DNA of 62,926 nt, the filler included, from Octopus bimaculoides (lineage: Eukaryota): assembly GCF_001194135.2 (NCBI RefSeq). It is 8 parts of 7 records of this genome, joined end to end, with 100 filler letters (N's around TTAATTAATTAA, not from the genome) between each part and the next. Parts side by side here need not be neighbours in the genome. Positions count along the whole stretch, not along the records: positions 33,455 to 42,602 come from NC_068997.1; positions 42,703 to 57,770 come from NC_068983.1; 6 more parts are not named here. The stretch is one strand, 5' to 3'. This document shows positions 39,159 through 51,959 of this stretch, one piece after another (within the stretch, counting starts at the first letter, position 1; each line of letters begins with the position of its first letter). A program made the position numbers and the translations under genes. The notes below the pieces were generated by a model. It had not been told where the DNA came from. It ran no database searches and saw nothing but the letters and a program-made list of their open reading frames with translations.

Positions 39159-40549
39159 CATACATACACATATTTGTTCAGTAGTCTCTGAGGTACGGTC
39201 ACGTGAAACCCTAAGTTTGTGAAATTTCTTCCGGCTTTAATAAAATAATATANNNNNNNNNNNNNNNNNNNNNNNNNNNNNNNNNNNNNNNNNNNNNNNN
39301 NNNNNNNNNNNNNNNNNNNNNNNNNNNNNNNNNNNNNNNNNNNNNNNNNNNNNNNNNNNNNNNNNNNNNNNNNNNNNNNNNNNNNNNNNNNNNNNNNNNN
39401 NNNNNNNNNNNNNNNNNNNNNNNNNNNNNNNNNNNNNNNNNNNNNNNNNNNNNNNNNNNNNNNNNNNNNNNNNNNNNNNNNNNNNNNNNNNNNNNNNNNN
39501 NNNNNNNNNNNNNNNNNNNNNNNNNNNNNNNNNNNNNNNNNNNNNNNNNNNNNNNNNNNNNNNNNNNNNNNNNNNNNNNNNNNNNNNNNNNNNNNNNNNN
39601 NNNNNNNNNNNNNNNNNNNNNNNNNNNNNNNNNNNNNNNNNNNNNNNNNNNNNNNNNNNNNNNNNNNNNNNNNNNNNNNNNNNNNNNNNNNNNNNNNNNN
39701 NNNNNNNNNNNNNNNNNNNNNNNNNNNNNNNNNNNNNNNNNNNNNNNNNNNNNNNNNNNNNNNNNNNNNNNNNNNNNNNNNNNNNNNNNNNNNNNNNNNN
39801 NNNNNNNNNNNNNNNNNNNNNNNNNNNNNNNNNNNNNNNNNNNNNNNNNNNNNNNNNNNNNNNNNNNNNNNNNNNNNNNNNNNNNNNNNNNNNNNNNNNT
39901 ATATATATATATATCTGTACATCCATAATACAGAGAAGGAAATAGTAAGAGAGAGAAGTTGATAGAGAAAGAACGTGAGAGAGAAAGTGACATTCAAGAG
40001 TAGACGTGTTTCTACATCTATCTGACTGGCAATACCAATTAACTGTGTCTTGGGACTAATACACATATGTATTTATATACACACAGAAGCACACACAATT
40101 CTACCTTAAACACACGTGTTCCCGAAAATATACTTGCACACATACACTGCACCAACGAACTGTACCATATCTACATATGTCCAAGTTGAGAAATATAAAA
40201 CATCTTAGCTCTTGGGTCCATATTGTCGCTTCCATCCGGACGTTGGCATTTCGATTTCTCTCTGGGCATCTTTTTTTAATTATATTGCCTCACGTTACGT
40301 ACATGAAGGACAAGATGACAGAAGAGCAGCAATAGATTTGTGTTCTATCTTTGGGGCATCCGCTTAAATTACAGGATCTGGTACTGAGTGTAACCTTATT
40401 TTTGTTATCTGAATTACGTATTTACATGCATATTTCTACATACGTACACAAATCTGGATAAGCTTACACAATGAAGAAAGAAATAAACGCTGCTGTGAAG
40501 ATTACAATCGTTCACGAACACGTACACAAATGCGCGCGCACACACACAC

Positions 40550-40587
<38 letters not shown>

Positions 40588-40696
40588 TCATATATACTTA
40601 CATATCGACATTGATACAAGTATACACACAGAAACATATAGACATAAGTGTGTGTATATTCATTTTTATATCTATATCGTACATCTCTCTCTCTTT

Positions 40697-40741
<45 letters not shown>

Positions 40742-41327
40742 AATATATATATCTGTGTATATGTTCTTATGTATGTAAGTATGTATGTACGTATTTATAT
40801 ACATATATATATATNNNNNNNNNNNNNNNNNNNNNNNNNNNNNNNNNNNNNNNNNNNNNNNNNNNNNNNNNNNNNNNNNNNNNNNNNNNNNNNNNNNNNN
40901 NNNNNNNNNNNNNNNNNNNNNNNNNNNNNNNNNNNNNNNNNNNNNNNNNNNNNNNNNNNNNNNNNNNNNNNNNNNNNNNNNNNNNNNNNNNNNNNNNNNN
41001 NNNNNNNNNNNNNNNNNNNNNNNNNNNNNNNNNNNNNNNNNNNNNNNNNNNNNNNNNNNNNNNNNNNNNNNNNNNNNNNNNNNNNNNNNNNNNNNNNNNN
41101 NNNNNNNNNNNNNNNNNNNNNNNNNNNNNNNNNNNNNNNNNNNNNNNNNNNNNNNNNNNNNNNNNNNNNNNNNNNNNNNNNNNNNNNNNNNNNNNNNNNN
41201 NNNNNNNNNNNNNNNNNNNNNNNNNNNNNNNNNNNNNNNNNNNNNNNNNNNNNNNNNNNNNNNNNNNNNNNNNNNNNNNNNNNNNNNNNNNNNNNNNNNN
41301 NNNNNNNNNNNNNNNNNNNNNNNNNNN

Positions 41328-41368
<41 letters not shown>

Positions 41369-41759
41369 AATGTACATTGGACATACAGCTACATACACAA
41401 TTTCATTCCACAGAACCACAGATATCCTTTCAGCAAAGAGATTTAGCAACGCAAATACATACTTATATACGGAATTACATACCACCAATGCTCACGAGTA
41501 GATTAACCTCAATGTTAACAGATGCTCTCACACTTGCTAACGGAAACTCAATACCTCAGTGAATGTACAGCCTCAATTCCTTCACTTCCTTTTCTTCTCT
41601 CTCCCCATCTGCCTCTACCCCTCACGTTTCGTTTAATATTAGTTCTTTCTTTATCTATCGTTCCCTCAACATTTCTTTCCTCATTTATTTCTCCTTCCCT
41701 TGCTACTTATACACCTATCGCTCTCCCCCTATATATCTCTCTTTCTCTCTATCTCTCTT

Positions 41760-41810
<51 letters not shown>

Positions 41811-42015
41811 TTCTCTCTCTTTCAATCTTTCTTTCACTGCTTCTTCATATTCACTGTATGTCTCACACCACGCTCTGTTTACTTTCACTGCTTTTTTTGT
41901 TTTTTTTTGTTTTGTTCTTATATTCTGTCTGTGTCTTTATATATTTCTATCGTCAGCTCATTCTCTGTTTGTCTGCCTATCTCTCTTTCTCTTTCTCTCT
42001 CTATCTTTCTCTCTC

Positions 42016-42101
<86 letters not shown>

Positions 42102-42292
42102 GCACACACACGCTCACTCATTCACTCACATACAGGTTCAACTATAAACATACATGCGCGTTAAAGCACACGCAACATCGTACTCGTTCATTCTATACCA
42201 ATGTCCGCTTTAGCGCTGAAGGCAGAAATGATCTGAAAACAAGAATGAGAGGCAGAATTTCGTGTTTTCAATTACTGTTACATGTATATGCA

Positions 42293-42328
<36 letters not shown>

Positions 42329-43029
42329 ACGCGCATGCATGTATATGTGTATGACTATACTAGTACGCATATATTAGTATATGTGTATATATATGTGCGT
42401 ATATTTCTACATATATGCACATATAAGCATATACATTTATGTATGTATATAAAAATACATATATATATATGAAGTGATTGAGATGTAATTTGGCAGTCAA
42501 CACACGATCACCCCCGACATAACAGCGTGGGTGAGCTATGCGTAATAGCCCGCCCAAGGATATGTTTACTAACACAGAAAGTTTATACGTATATGCATAT
42601 ACNNNNNNNNNNNNNNNNNNNNNNNNNNNNNNNNNNNNNNNNNNNNTTAATTAATTAANNNNNNNNNNNNNNNNNNNNNNNNNNNNNNNNNNNNNNNNNN
42701 NNTATACATATATGTTTGTATGTATATGTATCCATGTATGTATGCATGCATGTATGTATATATGAATGTATGTATGTTCATTTCTATGTTGCGCTATTAT
42801 GAAACAGTTTTAACATTCTAGTAAAAGATTACGCAATACATTTTATAGAGTAAATATTTGTAATATTCTTTGAGAAGAAAACTGTTGATAATGACTTCGA
42901 AGTTTCGGCGTGCTTAACCTTCGAAGTCATTATATATATATGTGTGCGCGCGTGTGTGTGTAACGTGTGTGTATGTGTGTGTGCGGCTGTGTGTGTATTA
43001 GTTTTTACTTGCCTCAGTAAAAAAGAGTT

Positions 43030-43335
43030 GTGGCCATGCTGTGGTCTTTTTCTTTTCAGCAAAATATCGCCGTCAGGACTTAACTTTTAATCATGTTACT
43101 TATTTTAACCTTTCTTTTGCCGAACCGCTATGTTATAGGGACATAAACAAACCAACACTTTCAAGCCATGTTTGGAGAAAAACAAATGCAAGGACACACA
43201 CACCTATATATTCTTTTCTTCTTTACTTCTTTTCTTCTTTCAGTCATAAGACTGCAGCCATGCCGGAGCACCACATTAAGGGGTTTTCATCGAAGAAATC
43301 GACCCCAAGACTTATTTGTTTTAAACCTTAGTACG
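43030..43335 (-). mobile_element. Two partial SINE family B 3' pieces
   Basis: GGCCATGC.GG..C, CCGAACCGCTA.GTTA..GGGAC and CCTTAGTAC motifs. Confidence 0.7.
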
Positions 43336-43404
43336 TGTTTTATCGGTCTCAAGCGATGGTGGAGAGGACAACTTAACCCTGAAAGGGAAGATTAGTGGTG
43401 AATA

Positions 43405-43795
43405 TTGTTGTTGTTGTTGGCACTCCGTCGCTTACGACGTCGAGGGTTCCAGTTGATCTGATCAACGGAACAGCATGCTCGTGAAATTAACGTGCAAGTG
43501 GCTGAGCACTCCACAGACACGTGTACCCTTAACGTAGTTCTCGGGGGATATTCAGCGTGACACTGTGTGACAAGGCTGGCCCTTTGAATTACAGGCACAA
43601 CAGAAACAGGAAGTAAGAGTGAGAGAAAGTTGTGATGGAAGAGTACAGCAGGGTTCGCCACCATCCCCTGCCGGAGCCTCGTGGAGCTTTAGCTGTTTTC
43701 GCTCAATAAACACTCACAACGCCCGGTCTGGGAATCGAGACCGTGATCCTATGACCGCGAGTCCGCTGCCCTAACCACTGGGCCATTGCGGCTCC
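43405..43795 (-). mobile_element. Full-length tRNA-derived SINE family C
   Basis: Minus strand begins GGAGCCGCAATGGCCCAGTGGTTAGGGCAGCGGACTCGCGGTCATAGGATCACGGTCTCGATTCCC (A and B boxes) and ends in a (CAA)n tail. Confidence 0.9.
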
Positions 43796-44557
43796 TCAGT
43801 GGTGGATAATAGCGACGACATTTCTGGAGAGACGCTGGGTGTCGAAGACAATCAAGTGGATGCTACCTTCCAGAGAACTTTCGGCGCAAGGCCGATAGAT
43901 AACTTCTAGAAATCCCTGGCCTAACAGTGCCAGTAGGGGAGAATTGTCTGCTTGAGTTAAACTCTATAGGAATGGAAGTGGCGTCAGCAAGCGTGTCAGA
44001 GATGCAAGCAAGACGAAACGGCCCCGCACGAACTCGTTCAGTGCTCGAGAATTGCTGACCGTTAGTCTATGTCGAACACCTACCGCCGAGTGTAGGATAG
44101 ATCCAGCTTCCAAAGGAATCCATCGTGAAGATCACACCGCTGCCTTCGTTAACAAGCCGGACAAAATGCTTCACTGCATTTCGTTCGTCTGCACGTTCTA
44201 TGTTCAAATTCCGCCGATGTTGACTTTGCTTTTCATCTTTTCGGGATCGATAAATTAAGTACCAGTGAAACACTGGAAGCAATGTAAACGACTAGTCTCC
44301 TCCCCCAAAGTTTCAGGGACGGACGGAGAGTTTTTATAAGCCTGGTGGCCATGGCGTAAGAGATGAACGCGACTGAAAAGGCTGAAGACAAGCGCTTCCC
44401 CTTTGACCAATTCCTCATCAACTTCTTCAACTTTCACTTGAAAAAGAATATAAGGGCGGAGGAGAGAGTGTTGCTTTCCAGCAATTTTACTGAGAGATGG
44501 ATGAGAGTGGCGAGTATGGTGCGAGTGAACGGGCCCACTCTGAGCATACGCCTATAA
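43796..44557 (+). mobile_element. Tx1/L1-clade LINE ORF2 C-terminus, interrupted by a SINE A copy (44138-44312)
   Basis: Zinc knuckle CQRCKQDETAPHELVQC (C-x2-C-x7-H-x4-C) at 43994-44044. The reading continues ESIVKITPLPS | SINE | RDGRRVFISLVAMA*...LINFFNFHLKKNIRAEERVL...RWMRVASMVRVNGPTLSIRL*. Confidence 0.75.
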
Positions 44558-44739
44558 AACAGAAATAAAGAACAGACAAAAGCCACCTACCGTAGAATTC
44601 AGGGCACCTGTGGTTTTATGACGACTTTCCATCAGCAACCCTCCAATTTCTCCTTCGTATTCAGGATTACACATTGTTAGACTTTTATTATTACCTCTTT
44701 TTTTATCCTTAAACCTGTTTGCACCCAAAACCCTGACAC

Positions 44740-44784
<45 letters not shown>

Positions 44785-44869
44785 GTTTTTGCCTTATTAT
44801 TTTCTTAATGTAAAATTTTTGTGATTACTAAAGAAATTATTATTGTTATTATTTTGGTTTGGGTCGATC

Positions 44870-45306
44870 ATATTCCTGATAGGATCTATGTGGGTAGCGG
44901 GTTGCTACCTGTAACCTTAGGTACCCACAAGATTTCAGCAGTCTTTCAAATGCTTAAGACCCTCCTGATAATCCTTGCTGTCCCTAAGACACAAACTTTC
45001 TGTAGGAGCGCTCTACCAGGCATTCTACTTCAATCTCCTTCAGCCATTTGTCTATATCTTTACTTACTATTTCCAATTATTCTAGGCACGATCTTTGCTG
45101 TTCTCATGGTCCAAATTCTTCCTATTTCAAATTTTAAGGGATTGTATTTTTTTTTCTTCCTCTTTCCTTACGATCCTGGAATCAAATGGGCATGATGGGT
45201 CGATAAGTAAGCTACCTCGCTTTTCCATATCTATAATCGTTATATCTTGTCTATCATTTTCTAACCTTTTGTCTCTTTGAATAGGAAAGTCCCACAAAAT
45301 CTTACA

Positions 45307-45379
<73 letters not shown>

Positions 45380-46085
45380 GACATCCCACAGTATACTATA
45401 TCATGAGGTTATTGATTGACAATAATGTGACTACAGGGGGCTTGTACTGTTTGCCAAGTCCCAACAAGGACCTCAGACAAACAGTACCTTACGCAATATG
45501 CATGCAGTTCCAAATAATGCCGACTTTTGCAATACACCTAGATTGTAGGGTATCTCTAAGGTATTCAGATGTTTTTGCAGATGTTCCGATAACAACAGGG
45601 ATAATTTTTATGTTCGACTCTCGTAGCTGCCATCTTAGCGATCTCAATTCTAAGGTCTCCATATTTATCAACTTTTTCTTTTCCTTTTTTTTTTTTTTTG
45701 CATGATGATATGTTGATCCCCTAGCACTGCTACGTCGATTACTAGACACTCTTGTTTGTCCTTCCTAAAGGTTACTATATCCAGCCTTCGGTGCTCTAGC
45801 ACTTTATCTGTCTGGAAATCAAAGTCCCAGAGGAATTTTGCCTTCCCCTTTTTGTCCATTACCTTTTCCGGTGTGTATGTTGGTACCAAGCACCCGTAAC
45901 CTCATATCCACGCTTACAGCATAGTAGCCAGTTGAAGTTTTGGGCTACCTTATCGTGTCCGCGCTTGTACTCTTTCTACGCAACACTTTCACAAGCACTA
46001 ACAATGTGAATCACACTTTCGACCCTTTTCCCACACATTCTGCAGAGGTCCGATGGTATATATTCTTTTTCATGAGTTGGTATTA
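44870..46085 (-). mobile_element. Two stacked R4/Dong-like LINE 3' fragments separated and flanked by (TAA)n
   Basis: 46080-45385: CRMCGKRVESVIHIVSAC...FLWDFDFQTDKVLEHRRLDIV...VIDVAV. (TAA)n at 45308-45379. 45305-44870: KILWDFPIQRDKRLENDRQDITIID...LIDPSCPFDSRIVRKEEEK...LGTARIIRRVLS. A further (TAA)n lies at 46081-46180. Confidence 0.85.
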
Positions 46086-46100
46086 TAATTATTATTATTA

Positions 46101-46171
<71 letters not shown>

Positions 46172-46496
46172 GCTATTATTATTATCATCATCATTCTTGT
46201 TGTTATATATTGATACGTATGAAGTCAAAACACTTGTTAATTAACTAATTAATTAAATATATTGTTTATACTTACAACAACTGTTTGTCTTTTCTTTATT
46301 TTGTTAATAAATAGAAAAGAAATCGATTATAAGAAAGCAAGGTTATTAACGGACAATTTGCATCGCTGTCGTCATAGATGTTTGGCTCAGATCCACTCTA
46401 ATCAGGCAGGTCTATGACGTTAAAAACTTCTGGACGTCACCTTCCCGTCGCTGTACGCAGGACTAAGCTATCTAGAGTATCATTTGTTACTTTGAG

Positions 46497-46560
46497 CAGT
46501 GATTCTCAAACGTTTCAAAACTTTTTACGTGCCGGTCCCCTTACAGTTTTTTCGATGATT
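46497..46560. mobile_element. Possible hAT-type terminus
   Basis: CAGTGATTCTCAAAC resembles hAT/Charlie TIRs. No matching partner TIR found. Confidence 0.3.
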
Positions 46561-47800
46561 CCTGGTCCCCTATAAAACGCAGGACAATCAACATGGCAAA
46601 AAAAGAATGATGTATATTCGTGTACCGTAATTTCCGGTCTATGAACTCCATTGCCCATAGACCCGTAACTCCGAAAATCACAACTTAATCCAGGCAATTC
46701 CCCATTGGGATACAATAAATACACATGAAGATATGGGGTATCAGTTGATCAATTGGTTACAAAACAAATTAGAAATGAAAAATACTGACAGCACATGCAC
46801 GATCAACCGTTATACCTGCATATTTTCTATCGGCCAATCATACTTGTTGTACAACAAGTGTGATTAGCGAATGAGTGTGTAGGAGTGACGTGGATTTTTG
46901 AGGCCAACGACAAAAGAGCATTCGAAAAATTGAAGGTCTTGAAATTTTTAAACTGCCTTAAGCAACCCCGTTTTCACGATACTTCAGCGTCCCTTCGCGG
47001 TCCCCCTAAAAGTGCTTCATCAGCGCGGTAGTTGCTTTACCTTCTCTACAACAAAAAAAGAGAATTCTTAGACATATACCAATAATAATATAACACACAC
47101 ATGCAGACACACGTATGTAAATATGTACGTGTATGTGTGTTTCTCTATAAATACTATNNNNNNNNNNNNNNNNNNNNNNNNNNNNNNNNNNNNNNNNNNN
47201 NNNNNNNNNNNNNNNNNNNNNNNNNNNNNNNNNNNNNNNNNNNNNNNNNNNNNNNNNNNNNNNNNNNNNNNNNNNNNNNNNNNNNNNNNNNNNNNNNNNN
47301 NNNNNNNNNNNNNNNNNNNNNNNNNNNNNNNNNNNNNNNNNNNNNNNNNNNNNNNNNNNNNNNNNNNNNNNNNNNNNNNNNNNNNNNNNNNNNNNNNNNN
47401 NNNNNNNNNNNNNNNNNNNNNNNNNNNNNNNNNNNNNNNNNNNNNNNNNNNNNNNNNNNNNNNNNNNNNNNNNNNNNNNNNNNNNNNNNNNNNNNNNNNN
47501 NNNNNNNNNNNNNNNNNNNNNNNNNNNNNNNNNNNNNNNNNNNNNNNNNNNNNNNNNNNNNNNNNNNNNNNNNNNNNNNNNNNNNNNNNNNNNNNNNNNN
47601 NNNNNNNNNNNNNNNNNNNNNNNNNNNNNNNNNNNNNNNNNNNNNNNNNNNNNNNNNNNNNNNNNNNNNNNNNNNNNNNNNNNNNNNNNNNNNNNNNNNN
47701 NNNNNNNNNNNNNNNNNNNNNNNNNNNNNNNNNNNNNNNNNNNNNNNNNNNNNNNNNNNNNNNNNNNNNNNNNNNNNNNNNNNNNNNNNNNNNNNNNNNN

Positions 47801-47852
<52 letters not shown>

Positions 47853-47989
47853 CTAAACGCATAGAATGTTTGGATACTTTGCACAAATACACCATATTCG
47901 TAAATTTATATGTGTGTGCATGTGTGTGTGTATATATATAGCATGCATCTATGTCAGTTATATTGAGCAATGTATGTATATGTGGAATT

Positions 47990-48170
47990 AAAAAAACAGC
48001 TGACAACTGATGAAGGGTCGTTCGTTATGTTGGTTGTCTTGTTTTCCATTTGTTTCTTTCGTTGTTCGGAAAAAAAGTTCATATTCCATGTATTTGTCTT
48101 TCGTATTTCGTATTTTGGTATATTATGCTGTTTACGTTCTGTGACGTCCTGTGCCCATATATACATGTGT
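47990..48170 (+). repeat. Interspersed repeat shared with 53090-53225 (-), probably PLE-derived
   Basis: Both copies carry CTGATGAAGG...ACGTC(C/A)TGTGCCCA.AT. Confidence 0.5.
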
Positions 48171-48247
48171 ATATACGAATATATGTGCGTATGTACATAT
48201 ACGTATGTATATATACATATATATATTATTTATATTATTATTATCAC

Positions 48248-48295
<48 letters not shown>

Positions 48296-48699
48296 CATTA
48301 TTCAATAGAACAGACATAGAGGCATGCTATATGGACTATTTTAGAATTTATATCGATTTATAAATATATAATTTAATGCCACGAGCAACATAGCTCATTT
48401 TCTGTGTTTTTCTTCTTATTTGTCTGGTATATTTTATGCTTGATCTTTTTGTCTATGTTACTCCATATAATTGTAAATTTACTAATACTTTTTATTGTTT
48501 TTAAATCTTTAGAATATATATGTGTGTGTGTGTGTGTGAGTGTGTGTAAAGATTTATATCTTTAATTCATTTCTTCTTACAATTAACGTACACACACATA
48601 CACACATACACGCATATAGTGTGTGTCTACTTCATACGTTGCTAACTTTGTGATTTTTCTTTACTTTCTATTTCTCATTCCTGCATACCTGATCATAAA

Positions 48700-48900
48700 A
48701 CCGTTAATCAATCTACGTTTTTTCGTTTCTGCCTCCGGTTTGTATCTTCCTCTCTCCATCGTTTTCTTTCCTCGTTCCATTCTGTAGAAGAGCGTAGACT
48801 CGAAATGTCAAAAACTTTTCTATTTTTCCTGAGCGTCAAACTAATACACCTTAATTGTTCTTCACTCACCTGTCACTCTATTTTTTATTCTTTGTTTATT
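48700..48900 (+). mobile_element. PLE-like repeat with a degenerate hammerhead motif; sister copy at 62590-62750
   Basis: GAAGAGCGTAG(A)CTCGAAA(C/T)GT..AAA.ACTTT..CTATT..CCTGA.C.T.AAACTAATACA is shared by both copies. Confidence 0.6.
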
Positions 48901-49527
48901 GTATAATTTTGAACTGTATGTGTGTGAGTGAGAGAGAGAAAGAGACAGTGAGTGAGTGTGCATGTGCGCGCGTTGGTATGTATTGTTATTTAAGGTATTC
49001 CCTGTTTCTATTTGGAAGGTGCGGGTTGTTTGTCGGGTTTGTCATGGTGTTGTTAGTAATCTATCTTGTGCCTTGATGTTTACTAGAGGATGTAGATAGG
49101 AACAAAATCTGTTGGTCTATATGTTACTCTGTATCTATAAACAATTTAATCAATGCGTAGAAATTTCAATCTTTGTGTTTTATGCAAATAGATTTTGTGG
49201 GTTATGTATTTATAAATAATTCTTCAATTTTGCTTCAAACGTGGGTATTTTATGTTATTTTAGGCCTCTGGATATATGCGTAAGTTGGCACTATAAAAGA
49301 TACATATATATTCATGTATAAAATGGGAATAAAAGTAAAATTTAATTTTTTTTTAAATAATTTAAAATTTCGGAGATGTACTTGCATAGCAAGGTTTAAA
49401 GTTTAAAGTTTCTACAAATTAATTAAATTGATTATAGAACAACGAACCCCTAGAAAGAAACAAAATTTATAGATTCCTTATGTGTTACCTAATGTTTGTG
49501 TGTTTGTGTGTGTTGGGGAGGGAACGA

Positions 49528-50172
49528 AATTTTTTTCCCACATGAGTTCCCAACTCCAGTAACGAACTCGTTTGCATACAGCCAATCAGAGCTCACCTTA
49601 AAAATCTACATACTGTGTACTACTACAGTACAGCCAGTCAGGCATAGAATGGTGTATGCCACTCTGTGAATATAGAATAGCAGGTCTCACATACCCTACC
49701 CCCGCCACCATCCTCATAGATAAATTGAGCACTATCTTTATATGGAGCTAACATTAGGTACCCATGCTCAGATTGAGATTAGTGATACTGCACGTATCCA
49801 TTGATATATGCAAGGAGGGAGCAATTCGACACGACGCCATATTGATTACGATGTTTCCAGATCAACAACATTTTAAATTAGGGATGTACAAAATCAGTGA
49901 AAAAATTAGGAAACCACACTCATTTACATTTTCTAGTAAATTACGCAAATTATGGCATCATCGGTGAGTATCTCTCCATTCACTTTATACACTAAATTTC
50001 ACATTTGTCACCCCTATTAACCCGTTTAGAACAGTTAGATTTTGCTATAACGCACATTTTCCACTGAACTCAAACAGAGTATTTTCCTGACTAGGTGGAC
50101 ACAAGTTGAGTTCTGATTAGCTCTATGCAAATGAGTTCATAACTGGGGTCCGGAACTGTCGTGCGAAAAAGT
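49528..50172. mobile_element. MITE/DNA-transposon relic with long imperfect inverted ends
   Basis: GAACTCGTTTGCATACAGCCAATCAGAGCTCA (49564-49595) is the near reverse complement of TGAGTTCTGATTAGCTCTATGCAAATGAGTTC (~50107-50138). Weaker similarity extends outward. Confidence 0.55.
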
Positions 50173-50301
50173 TTTCGCAAGCGGAGTGTATGTGTGTGTG
50201 TGTGTTTGTGTGTGTTTTAGTCATTGCCGGTATCGAACCTGTTTAACACACATACACAGCAGATATACAAAGGTACATCATAGTAGTAGTTAAATGAGAA
50301 A

Positions 50302-50498
50302 TACCGTATTTGATAGCATATAAAATGCACATCTTTAAGAAAAATTGTCTCAAGGAAATCACCGTGAGTCCTAGATGCAAAGTTGCTTTAAAATTTACAA
50401 ACTTATGTACACTGAAAGCTTTGTTTATTGAATAAGCATTGCTGAAAGTAGGATGCGTTTATAACGCCTGTGCGTATTTTACGCCATCAAAGACATTA
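50302..50498. mobile_element. Possible pogo/Tigger-type MITE
   Basis: TACCGTATTTGATAGCATATAAAATGCAC versus GTGCGTATTTTACGCCATCAAAGACATTA; degraded inverted ends. Confidence 0.35.
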
Positions 50499-50825
50499 AG
50501 TCTCAGAAAATTCTTTGAAAAAGCTGACAATTGTATCATTTGGAATCACGATCAGATTTATAATTGCCTCTTGTACAGCAGAGTTAGCAAGAACGACAAC
50601 GAATGAAAATGATAATGACAACAACAACAACAATAGCAACAACAATAACAAAATCCAAACATGTATTTCAACATTTTGCATTTATTCAGAGGAAATTTAT
50701 TTTACATTTATGTTCAATAAGAATATATATGGCATGTTTTGTTTTTGAGTCATTTGATATGAGTGTGTGTGTGTGCATGTGTTTGTATTTGTATATATGT
50801 ATGTATGTATATTTTTTACGTTTAT

Positions 50826-51050
50826 ATACGTATACTCTTACTCTTTTACTCTTTTACTTGTTTCAGTCATTTGACTGCGGCCATGCTGGAGCACCGTTTT
50901 TAGTCGAGCAAATCGACTCCAGGATTTATTCTTTGTATGCCTAGTACTTATTCTATCGGTCTCTTTTGCCGAACCGCTAGGTTGCGGGGACATAAACACA
51001 CCACCATCGGTTGTCAAGCGATGTTGGGGGGACAAACACAGACACACAAA
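50826..51050 (-). mobile_element. SINE family B, 3' half
   Basis: Close match to the reverse complement of the family B tail. Confidence 0.85.
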
Positions 51051-51897
51051 CATATATATATATATATATATATATACATACATACATNNNNNNNNNNNNN
51101 NNNNNNNNNNNNNNNNNNNNNNNNNNNNNNNNNNNNNNNNNNNNNNNNNNNNNNNNNNNNNNNNNNNNNNNNNNNNNNNNNNNNNNNNNNNNNNNNNNNN
51201 NNNNNNNNNNNNNNNNNNNNNNNNNNNNNNNNNNNNNNNNNNNNNNNNNNNNNNNNNNNNNNNNNNNNNNNNNNNNNNNNNNNNNNNNNNNNNNNNNNNN
51301 NNNNNNNNNNNNNNNNNNNNNNNNNNNNNNNNNNNNNNNNNNNNNNNNNNNNNNNNNNNNNNNNNNNNNNTATATATATATATATATATATATTATGTAT
51401 GTATGTGTAGGAATTGTGTCTTTGCATCTATGCTTGTCATCCCACCACCACCACCACCAACAACTACAACCAACTCCACATGCAAATATCTTAAAATTTT
51501 GTCATTGAATTAAGAACTTACCATAATCCAGACTATGATAATAAGCGACCGATAAAAACACTTTGAAAAACGATTAGTGGGTTTATGTATTTTTAACGAC
51601 ATCTTTATGTATTTTTCATTTCATCCAGATGAGGGTACGGCCAGAAAGTACCCGTAATATTGTAATAATTATGACGTCAGTTACAGTTTTTTACGCCTAC
51701 TGACCTCTTATAGCTTATGAATGCTCTAACGTTAAAGAGAGCACCCTTAGATCGTTTGTAGGTATGAAACAGTGTGCGATATTATTTAACATGACGTGTG
51801 AGATTGAGTACGGAGGACTTATATGCTCTTTGTAAACTTCGTCTGTGTTGAAGGTTTCGTTGGTCTCTGGTTTAAGTGTTTCTGGTTAAATACTTTA

Positions 51898-51943
<46 letters not shown>

Positions 51944-51959
51944 GTATGTATGCATGTAT

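Noticed and set aside
44363-44557. 64-aa ORF as a novel small protein, and in-frame TGA readings on the opposite strand as possible selenocysteine
   Set aside because: It is explained as the C-terminus of the Tx1/L1 ORF2; the minus-strand frame is its antisense shadow.
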